DNA from: a virus
Taxonomy: Duplodnaviria; Heunggongvirae; Uroviricota; Caudoviricetes
IMG/VR virus record: IMGVR_UViG_3300038492_000258
Span: 1-44,994 of that record
Strand: one strand, 5' to 3'
Length of the DNA stretch: 44,994 bases
Shown here: in pieces, positions 38,014 through 44,994 of the stretch
Layout: each line of letters opens with the position of its first letter
How positions within the stretch are numbered: the stretch's first letter is position 1
Translations under genes and position numbers: made by a program
The notes under the pieces: generated by a model
Databases searched by the model: none
What the model was told of the DNA's origin: nothing
Seen by the model: only the letters and a program-made list of their open reading frames with translations

Positions 38014-39460
38014 TGTTCTTAGTCCTCATTTTACGTCGTTCTTCTTCGAAATTCACAGTGCCTAAACCAAGTTCATTGAACTTGCCAATACTCAAGTCAG
38101 CAGCACAATTGATATAACCGGCATGTGTTCCTTTACCATAACGAGCCTTAAAAACTCGCCATAGATGAGAGCCATTACCGTCCATTGATTTCTCTTCCTC
38201 TGTCTTACGTTTGAAATACGACACAGAGGTAGCGTTTTCACTAATACGCTTACCCCCAGCGACACACTGAATACCATTATCAATCTGATTATTGGTCTGG
38301 CCAAATACCAATGCTGGTACGTTATACTTTTTCATAAGGTCGTGCAACGCACTCATATTGAGACCGTGACTCTGCCATTCAGCAATTCTACCACCACGAA
38401 TCTCATCAACCGTTGCTAGCTTAAGATAGTCATATACAATAAGACATTGAGGAGCCTTCGTTTCTAGATCGGGCTTAACTCTAGTAAGTAGCCAACGCCG
38501 AATATGCGGAAGAGCTTCCTGCACACCAAGCCCAGAGATTGAAACATATTCAATTGGCAGCTTCTCGGCCACAGCCCAGAATCGATCATCTTTCAAACGG
38601 GCTGCATATTTTTCAATTCTCTCAATTTCTTCCTGGTCATCAACGCCAGCTTCAATTAACTCATATCGAGTCATGTTCCAATAGCCACATTCAATAATAT
38701 CGTATGGAACCTCAGCTAACATTGCGACGGTACGAATCAATTGGTCATTCGCATTAAGCTCACTGTCAAGTAGAAGCACAGGAAGACCAGCCTTGTGTGC
38801 AGCCGTCACGGCCGCACGAAGACCGAATTGACTTTTGCCAGAACCAGTTGTGCCCACAACAAACGTAATACCACCATTACGTAGTTGACCAATTCTATTC
38901 TGCCAAATAGGATATCCCAAATCAATCCCTAGTTGACCAGGATCTTCAGCAAGGGCCTGAATCTTCTTTCGAGCATCTTTCGTAAGATACGAAATAGAGT
39001 GCTCACCACGATCCAACATCGTGACTTGTTGGACAATCGTATCTTCTACATAACCAATGATTTTATGTAGAGGATCATCTGTCGTCTTTAAATACTGACG
39101 AACGTCTTCAGTCGCTTGCACATACTTAGACGCCAAAGACTGTCTTTGTACCTCTAAGAAGTGCTGCGTTAGCTCCTGTACAGTGACTTGCTCAGCAAAC
39201 AGTTCGTCAAGCCAATCGCCATTACGAACGGTGGCAAGATAATTAACATGCCCTAAAGCTTTAGCCGCAGAAACTAATTTAGCTTTACTGACAGTTTGAG
39301 CGTCCTTCTCCATCATGAGAGACTGGAGAGCCTCAAACGTCAGCTTAGCTCCTTCAGACGAAAAATTATCAGCACCTAAATAAGTACAGTACTCAAAGAA
39401 TTCATCAGGATGTCGTACTAGTCCAGCCAGCAAAAGTTTTTCTGCTGCCACATTAGCCAT
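37994..39460 (-). CDS. dnaB: Replicative DNA helicase
   Basis: Walker A GTTGSGKS, DSE, IVYDYL, QTN, KARYG. Confidence 0.88.
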   Translation of the reverse strand: MANVAAEKLLLAGLVRHPDEFFEYCTYLGADNFSSEGAKLTFEALQSLMMEKDAQTVSKAKLVSAAKALGHVNYLATVRNGDWLDELFAEQVTVQELTQHFLEVQRQSLASKYVQATEDVRQYLKTTDDPLHKIIGYVEDTIVQQVTMLDRGEHSISYLTKDARKKIQALAEDPGQLGIDLGYPIWQNRIGQLRNGGITFVVGTTGSGKSQFGLRAAVTAAHKAGLPVLLLDSELNANDQLIRTVAMLAEVPYDIIECGYWNMTRYELIEAGVDDQEEIERIEKYAARLKDDRFWAVAEKLPIEYVSISGLGVQEALPHIRRWLLTRVKPDLETKAPQCLIVYDYLKLATVDEIRGGRIAEWQSHGLNMSALHDLMKKYNVPALVFGQTNNQIDNGIQCVAGGKRISENATSVSYFKRKTEEEKSMDGNGSHLWRVFKARYGKGTHAGYINCAADLSIGKFNELGLGTVNFEEERRKMRTKNNDDDDK

Positions 39461-39878
39461 GTCTTGCCTCTTGTATTAAATGACGTAACTCGTCTGCCGT
39501 TATTGTCGATTCTCGAATTTCAATTAGAAGAATATCGTTTAGTTCACACCAAGCCCGCTTACGCTTATCTCTTTCTTTTTGTCTTTCGAAGCCCTTCTTG
39601 TCACCATGAAAATGAGCAACAAATTGATCATGCTGTTTTCCTTGATATTCAAATGCAAGATTATTGTGTGGCAAATAAAAGTCAATCGCAAGACGAGTCT
39701 CCGGAATAGAAAACTCTTCCAAAATTAACGTACCTGCTCCATAAACAGCACTAATAGTACGACCTAAAAAATATTGTCCATCAGACTTACATTTACTACG
39801 TGAACGAATAGGATATCGGCTTGGTACGATATCAATTCTGACTTCACGATTACTCAGTGTCTTGAACTTCATCGACAA
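39453..39878 (-). CDS. Vsr/DUF559-like endonuclease
   Basis: EEF...DFYLP...AFEYQGKQH...QKERDKRK..WC..N.I.LIEI. Confidence 0.78.
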   Translation of the reverse strand: MSMKFKTLSNREVRIDIVPSRYPIRSRSKCKSDGQYFLGRTISAVYGAGTLILEEFSIPETRLAIDFYLPHNNLAFEYQGKQHDQFVAHFHGDKKGFERQKERDKRKRAWCELNDILLIEIRESTITADELRHLIQEARHG

Positions 39879-40980
39879 AATAGTTGTCTACATCATGTGA
39901 ACCTGGATTTAGCACACTACGTAACTTTTCATCCAATTTGTGCGTAAGCAATTGATCCATAACCAAACGTCTAGCGGCGTTAAATTGCTTGAACACAACG
40001 GTATCCTCAGTGATTTCGCCCGTGTCACGATCTAAGACCGGCAGTAAAATCTGTTTCCCGCCACGTCCACCAAATTGCAACACACCAAAATTTAGACACT
40101 GCGTTAGCAATTCCTTTTCCCTAAAGATTCCGTTCTTAAGAAGAATATAGAATTCACCTTCATTACCATCAGGAGCTAATTTATTCTTGACAACCTGATA
40201 TCGAATCACGACACCAATTTTGTTACCATCTTCATCCTTAATGATATCATCTTTACGTGGCTTCTTTAGAGAAATTCGTTGCGAAGCATAGTAAGGCAAA
40301 GCACGCCCGCCGCTCGCCACATCCGGGTTACCATACATAGTCATCTTCTCGCGAAGCTGATTAACAAAAATCAACGCCACTCTATTTTTGTCAGCAACGC
40401 CGATCAACTTTCGCATAGCATCTGACATAAGCTTAGCTAGATTGCCAACCTTCTGAGTACCAATTTCACCAGACAAGACGGCTTCAGGTTGAGCGGCATC
40501 AATAGAATCTAAAGCAGCAACGCCACCAGGATTCATAGAGACAAACTTCTTCATCGCCTCAAATCCCTGTTCACCATTATCGGCATTCACAACCCACAGT
40601 GGACACTCCTTGTCACCTTCCTCAATCTGATCCAAAAACGGACGTAGAGTACGCACCGTCCGCATTAAGGACATATTAAGGTTCTTCTCCATATTAACAT
40701 AGAGACACTTCTTGCCCCGAAGTAAGGCTTGACCTAGGGCCTCCAACACGAGCGTCGTTTTGCACGTTTGTTCAGGGCCAAAAATTTCCGTAATCCTTCC
40801 CTCTGGGAATGGAGTAACAAGGTCAAAATCTAAGTTATAACTTCCTGTAGGGTTGCCTTCCGGATCAATCATCTCGGAAGCTTGGCAAATTCTAATGCCG
40901 TCGCCTTCGACCTCCGATTTGAAAAAACTGTAATCCGCTTGCTCTACAGGTGTTTCGTCTTTACTCTTACGCTTCGCCAT
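39850..40980 (-). CDS. recA: RecA-family recombinase
   Basis: PEGRITEIFGPEQTCKTT, LDSI, LMSDAMRKL, IFVNQLR, GGRALPYYASQR, VVKNKLAP. Confidence 0.93.
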   Translation of the reverse strand: MAKRKSKDETPVEQADYSFFKSEVEGDGIRICQASEMIDPEGNPTGSYNLDFDLVTPFPEGRITEIFGPEQTCKTTLVLEALGQALLRGKKCLYVNMEKNLNMSLMRTVRTLRPFLDQIEEGDKECPLWVVNADNGEQGFEAMKKFVSMNPGGVAALDSIDAAQPEAVLSGEIGTQKVGNLAKLMSDAMRKLIGVADKNRVALIFVNQLREKMTMYGNPDVASGGRALPYYASQRISLKKPRKDDIIKDEDGNKIGVVIRYQVVKNKLAPDGNEGEFYILLKNGIFREKELLTQCLNFGVLQFGGRGGKQILLPVLDRDTGEITEDTVVFKQFNAARRLVMDQLLTHKLDEKLRSVLNPGSHDVDNYFVDEVQDTE

Positions 40981-41398
40981 CTTCTAACTCCTTCAAAAAG
41001 TCTTTCAAACTCTTGGGTTTACTTGTTTGCTTATAACGTGTTCCTTCTGTGGCACTTGCCTTGACGCTTTGTCGCCTATCAAAATAGAGGGTCCGCAATT
41101 GTGCTAGATCATAGCGGCGGAATAGCTTGCGAGCCACAACTGCCATCTTACCGAACTCATTGCCGTCGATGTCTTGTGGGGCACATCTGTAAATATAAAA
41201 AGCAAGCTGATCGGCAGAAAGCTCAAAGTCTCGAATGAGCTTCTTGATACAAGCGACCATCTTGCCCCACGTTTTTCCGTTGGCTCCTCGCCACGGATTT
41301 TCCCCTAATTGCAGATTTCTATTTAGCCAAATAAGTTCCGTTAGCATGTTTGCGTCGTCATGCTTAACTCCGGGGGTTGTTAGAGATTCGTGAGACAT
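40967..41398 (-). CDS. Hypothetical protein
   Basis: Coupled ORF directly upstream of recA. Confidence 0.72.
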   Translation of the reverse strand: MSHESLTTPGVKHDDANMLTELIWLNRNLQLGENPWRGANGKTWGKMVACIKKLIRDFELSADQLAFYIYRCAPQDIDGNEFGKMAVVARKLFRRYDLAQLRTLYFDRRQSVKASATEGTRYKQTSKPKSLKDFLKELEDGEA

Positions 41399-41833
41399 TT
41401 AAACCTCGTTAATAATGGCCGCAGGATTACCTTCTGTAAAATCTCTCTCCTCCTGTGAGATACTGCCATCGTCACCCACCCAAATAATAGTCACAGTATC
41501 ATTCTTCACATATCCAATTCCACGCCAATTACGTTGACCCGTGCCATCAACTCCTAAAAACGCACCCATCTTAGAACTATGCCAATAGCCGTCTAGCTGT
41601 GGCCTATCGTGAGCGTCTTTATATGGCAAGAGGGTAACGGATCTGCCATACACCTCTAATCTTAGATTTGTAATTTGCAGCTTGTGAAATTTAACGTAGT
41701 CAGACAAACGACGCCACGCAGATTTAACGCCGGGCTGCTTGTCTTCAAATACGGTAGAACCGTCAGATAGCGATGCAATCCAACGGTTCCCACGTTCAAC
41801 GTGTGGATTTCTAGTACTAAAAGCGAGTTCCAT
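41399..41833 (-). CDS. Hypothetical protein, first gene of the long operon
   Basis: ORF abuts next gene; no SD before ATG. Confidence 0.72.
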   Translation of the reverse strand: MELAFSTRNPHVERGNRWIASLSDGSTVFEDKQPGVKSAWRRLSDYVKFHKLQITNLRLEVYGRSVTLLPYKDAHDRPQLDGYWHSSKMGAFLGVDGTGQRNWRGIGYVKNDTVTIIWVGDDGSISQEERDFTEGNPAAIINEV

Positions 41834-41842
41834 GGTTGTCTA

Positions 41843-41871
41843 CATACTGTCAGTATGAAGCCGTCTGTCAA
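41843..41871 (-). promoter_or_regulatory. Putative promoter (-35 TTGACA) with overlapping 15-bp palindrome CATACTG-N-CAGTATG
   Basis: TTGACA at 41871-41866; perfect inverted repeat at 41843-41857 covering the expected -10 position; -10 is non-consensus. Confidence 0.5.
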
Positions 41872-41907
41872 AGAAAAAGGGCGATAACTCAACAGTTACC
41901 GCCCTTT
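41870..41907 (-). terminator. Intrinsic terminator
   Basis: Minus-strand RNA AAAGGGCGGUAACU-GUUG-AGUUAUCGCCCUUU then UUCUUU. The one non-WC pair is G-U only on the minus strand. Lies 20 nt after the stop at 41928. Confidence 0.85.
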
Positions 41908-41927
41908 GCTCATGTCTTACGTAGATC

Positions 41928-42638
41928 TTACAGGAACTCAAGCTGGATGTAGTAAGCGAAGTTAATCTTACGTCCAGCAGCACCAGGATTACCAGCAACA
42001 ATTAGATGATAATCGTGAATCGTAGCTTCGGCCGTCTGGTCCGCTAAACTTAACGAACTACCACCACTAGAAATTTCAGTCCACGTCGAATCGCCAGCGT
42101 CGCCATCTGTGTCCGCTAATTGAGCCGCCTGCACAGTGATGCCTGTCGCTAGATCAGACACATCAGGGGCTCCAGACGCAGCAGTTAGATTAATGGCACG
42201 GAAAACTGCTTGTTGCGTAATAACCGGTGTATCATTCGGTTCACGGAAACGACACATAAGCGTTCCAGACAAGTTCGGAATATCCGAAATATCAACACTA
42301 CCTAGTACACCATTCGCACCAAATGTACCAGATACAGTAGCCGTAGTAGACGAATTGAACTTATTATTGATCATAACTCCAAGATCCGCACCGACATGAT
42401 CTGTTCGGAAAGTATGATCTTGATACTGACCCACAATGACAGGACTGCTTGGAGCACCACCCGTGCCAAAGAATCCCATTCGGTTAGGAGAGTTAGTGGC
42501 ACTAATTTCGAACCCAAAAATCTCCAACAGAGGATCGGCTCGGCCAGCCGCATAAAGCGTGGCTGTACCGCCACCACCAATATTTCCAGTGCCTCCCATA
42601 GCACCAGAACAAGCAAAGAATCTAATACCACTTACCAT
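41928..42638 (-). CDS. Putative virion structural protein
   Basis: Gly/Ala/Ser/Thr-rich, beta-like; own intergenic region, AAGGA SD and terminator. Structural role is inference. Confidence 0.6.
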   Translation of the reverse strand: MVSGIRFFACSGAMGGTGNIGGGGTATLYAAGRADPLLEIFGFEISATNSPNRMGFFGTGGAPSSPVIVGQYQDHTFRTDHVGADLGVMINNKFNSSTTATVSGTFGANGVLGSVDISDIPNLSGTLMCRFREPNDTPVITQQAVFRAINLTAASGAPDVSDLATGITVQAAQLADTDGDAGDSTWTEISSGGSSLSLADQTAEATIHDYHLIVAGNPGAAGRKINFAYYIQLEFL

Positions 42639-42662
42639 TTTTTATTCCTTTATATGCACAAG

Positions 42663-42733
42663 ACGCCCTATATTTATACGATAAACAATGGCACGCCTTA
42701 AGCCAGCTATGGCAAACACTACCAACGCTCTTA
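42663..42733. repeat. Three phased direct repeats ACGC(C/T)..TA
   Basis: acgcccta 42663, acgcctta 42693, acgctctta 42725; spacing 30 and 32 bp. Confidence 0.4.
42671..42678 (-). promoter_or_regulatory. Possible late promoter (TATAAATA)
   Basis: Exact match to the T4 late consensus, 32 nt upstream of ATG 42638. Confidence 0.4.
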
Positions 42734-42741
42734 TTAATACA

Positions 42742-44778
42742 CTATGTTGAAACGGGTCGTTCAGACATAAATCCCTTATGGTGTGCAGTTTCAATATTTC
42801 TACTTGTGGTGAAAAAATCAACTTGGCTAGAACTCGCTACAATAAATTTTCGTTCTACAACCGTAAACGTTGTGCCCGATAAACTTAATCTGCCGAAATA
42901 ATAGAAGTAAGTCGAAAACCGCCTTTGTCCATAAAGACACCACAGACCATCAGATGTAGTCTCAAATGCCGAAATTAAGCCTTGTTCAGATGCCGCAGTT
43001 TCTCCAAAAAATGCATTATTAACATCAAGACTATGTGGCTCACCCATTTGATATCTTTCATGACCAAAATCCGGATCTGGATCAGCGGGCTCAAGCGGTG
43101 AAATTCTATTAGTAGTCATACTAGCTAAAATAACCGCCGAATGTCCATAGAGCGTGCCCTGGTAATAAAAGCCTCTTGAGCTAGATCCCTGACACGGATT
43201 CCAAGTACCAGAAGTAAACGTCACACCACAACCGTCTGTTGAATTGAAGGGACTACGTCTAGCGATATAGTTAAGGAAAGCACCACCAGCAGAAATGTCT
43301 GTAAATGCAGAACTATTATTTAAAATTCGTACAAAGCTGCCGGTATATAGGCTATCTGTTGGACGAGAAACCGGACCACCCGTACCAAGGCCACGAGTTG
43401 CCTGGAATGAAATTAGACCAGAATTCTGGAATTCCATTTCATCATTCCATGTACCAAACCCAATCACAAAGTCACGGAATTCTCCTGGATCATAGCTACC
43501 ATCCATGTTGGTGTCTTCAGGACCAAACGGAATGAAAGTACTAGATACACCTTTGGTCTTCTTAATATTGCTTCTGCTAACTCGGGCTAAACCAACACCA
43601 CAAGCGAATTCAAAAACGCCATCTCCAGTTGTGCGTGTAAATCCAGCCACTTGCCCACTTGTAATAGGAGACAGTAATGCCACACCGAATCCAGTGTTTA
43701 CCAACGGAGCATTATTGAACACCTGGAAATTAGGAGCAAAATGATTAATACCAGATTCTACAGGAGCATATGGGAAATTAGCCTTGCGATTTGCAACCGT
43801 CACCGCATACACGCCACGACTCAAGTTGGGGGCATCTACCCACGCCCCATTTAAATCGTCAACCGGGCCGCCCACAAACCATTCTGTTCCATTGGCAGAA
43901 TTATAAGTAAAAGTAGAAGTACCAGCATCAAAATTTTCTGTACCATTAGATGAGATTAAATATTCAGTATTTGAGAATAAAACATCACCCGTAATACTAA
44001 CTGCGTTCGCTGGACGGGGCGTGCTACCAGCGTCATCATAAGTGTCTCCTGTCGTATCAACAAAACCAGGAGTAGACGCCATTGTTTCAGCGGTCAGAGT
44101 CATACCACCCGTGGCCAAAATAGAATGAGCTGATACAACTTGAGTATTAATACGCGGAAGCGGATTGTACATAAGCTCTCCGAAGTCTAAATCAATCAAG
44201 ACTCCAGACGAACCAAGCATATAGTATCCGCCTTTACTATCAGCTCCATCAATAATAAAGGCGTCATTAACTGGACTTCTTTCAATTCCAATTAAGCCAG
44301 AAGGAATCGAAAGTACGCCCTGCGAAATACCTCCACCGGATGGAGCCGGACGAGCAAACCTTGTCATTTCGTTTGTAGCACCATCATCGTCACCACGAGG
44401 ATGATCAGGATACATGGCTCGTAACCATTCACCAATAGTTGGTGATGGATAAGTTGCGTTTCCCGTAATACCCGTCAATAATTTTCGTAGCTCTGTAATG
44501 GTTGGAACCACCATTTCAAGTGGAGCATTACGTAAATTACTACCGTCTGCCTTTGGTTCATACCCCACACCAAACCTGTCTTCTTGGTGTGTGTAATATC
44601 TAGGCAGTAAAATATTTGCATCCGTTCCAATGTGACGACGAATTTCAGCTAATAGCACAAAAGCAGATTCTTCCAGAATAAGACCAGACGGTCCCGGCGT
44701 CACTTCGGGATGAGTATCATTCCGAAATGGATAATTGCCAGTGCTATATCTGTAAGGGATGACTCCAGACGAAACCAT
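42742..44778 (-). CDS. Large putative virion structural protein
   Basis: 678 aa, G/S/T/F-rich, low Lys; no enzyme motif recognised. Confidence 0.6.
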   Translation of the reverse strand: MVSSGVIPYRYSTGNYPFRNDTHPEVTPGPSGLILEESAFVLLAEIRRHIGTDANILLPRYYTHQEDRFGVGYEPKADGSNLRNAPLEMVVPTITELRKLLTGITGNATYPSPTIGEWLRAMYPDHPRGDDDGATNEMTRFARPAPSGGGISQGVLSIPSGLIGIERSPVNDAFIIDGADSKGGYYMLGSSGVLIDLDFGELMYNPLPRINTQVVSAHSILATGGMTLTAETMASTPGFVDTTGDTYDDAGSTPRPANAVSITGDVLFSNTEYLISSNGTENFDAGTSTFTYNSANGTEWFVGGPVDDLNGAWVDAPNLSRGVYAVTVANRKANFPYAPVESGINHFAPNFQVFNNAPLVNTGFGVALLSPITSGQVAGFTRTTGDGVFEFACGVGLARVSRSNIKKTKGVSSTFIPFGPEDTNMDGSYDPGEFRDFVIGFGTWNDEMEFQNSGLISFQATRGLGTGGPVSRPTDSLYTGSFVRILNNSSAFTDISAGGAFLNYIARRSPFNSTDGCGVTFTSGTWNPCQGSSSRGFYYQGTLYGHSAVILASMTTNRISPLEPADPDPDFGHERYQMGEPHSLDVNNAFFGETAASEQGLISAFETTSDGLWCLYGQRRFSTYFYYFGRLSLSGTTFTVVERKFIVASSSQVDFFTTSRNIETAHHKGFMSERPVST

Positions 44779-44994
44779 TAGAATAGATTACCAAATGTAA
44801 AGAAGGCTGGTTTAGAAATATCAACAAAGTTCACTCTAGCAGTTCCACCAAACTCACCACTAGGCACAGTGAGCGAAGCTAGATAACCACGGTCACCAGA
44901 CGCAGCAAATTGTGCATATGGAATAGGAACAGTCGCTCCAAAAAATTCGCCTGATGAAATAACGTTACCCTGATAATCGAGGGGTTGACAAGTA
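44778..44994 (-). CDS. 3' end of a putative structural protein (partial)
   Basis: Hand translation ...TCQPLDYQGNVISSGEFFGATVPIPYAQFAASGDRGYLASLTVPSGEFGGTARVNFVDISKPAFFTFGNLF*; TAATG overlap with next gene. Confidence 0.7.
   Translation of the reverse strand, partial: TCQPLDYQGNVISSGEFFGATVPIPYAQFAASGDRGYLASLTVPSGEFGGTARVNFVDISKPAFFTFGNLF

Larger units (their letters stand above)
1..44994 (-). mobile_element. Segment of a large dsDNA bacteriophage genome
   Basis: Single-strand, near gap-free coding. Divergent DnaE/DnaB/DnaG/RecA/SSB/sigma lie together with dUTPase, class II RNR, MazG-like, macrodomain and many small orphans. No ribosomal or core housekeeping operons. Confidence 0.88.

Noticed and set aside
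31354-40980. Inteins or introns in dnaE, dnaB, recA
   Set aside because: Lengths are normal and no C...HN splice motifs or interrupted frames were seen.
41843-41857. LexA SOS box upstream of the recA operon
   Set aside because: The palindrome matches neither CTGT-N8-ACAG nor GAAC-N4-GTTC; kept only as an unknown operator.
1-44994. Stop-codon reassignment (alternative genetic code)
   Set aside because: Long conserved genes are uninterrupted under the standard code. TAA, TGA and TAG (12148, 35966, 42742) all end genes at sensible positions.
1-44994. CRISPR array, tRNA, rRNA, IS elements
   Set aside because: Only two intergenic regions of about 100 nt exist, and neither shows repeat-spacer or cloverleaf structure. 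No transposase was seen.

Overview
This is a segment of a large, probably jumbo, dsDNA bacteriophage genome. All real genes lie on the minus strand and use the standard genetic code. In transcription order (right to left) it contains: (i) the end of a putative virion-structural module (41928-44994; Gly/Ser/Thr-rich proteins), closed by an intrinsic terminator; (ii) a TTGACA element and a 15-bp palindrome, followed by at least 41.8 kb of essentially gap-free, translationally coupled genes. That run has four parts: a bacterial-type replication/recombination set (RecA, Vsr/DUF559-like nuclease, DnaB, DnaG, Cas4/AddB-like nuclease, ClpP, DnaE, SSB, sigma factor); a ~24 kb glycan biosynthesis island; a few DNA-binding/annealing genes; and nucleotide metabolism genes (dUTPase, FAD oxidoreductase, class II ribonucleotide reductase running off the left edge and missing from the ORF track). 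The island holds about 11 glycosyltransferases, Gmd and Fcl, 3 SAM methyltransferases, a sulfotransferase, an NTP-transferase, two HAD proteins and aldolase-like and phosphodiesterase-like proteins, interleaved with MazG-like, GMP reductase-like, macrodomain and vWA genes. The island is the best candidate for a new system. It has no visible lipid-carrier priming, flippase or export genes, which points to a phage-encoded cytoplasmic pathway building a fucosylated, methylated, possibly sulfated glycan on virion proteins or DNA. All calls come from motif recognition by eye; no database searches were run.
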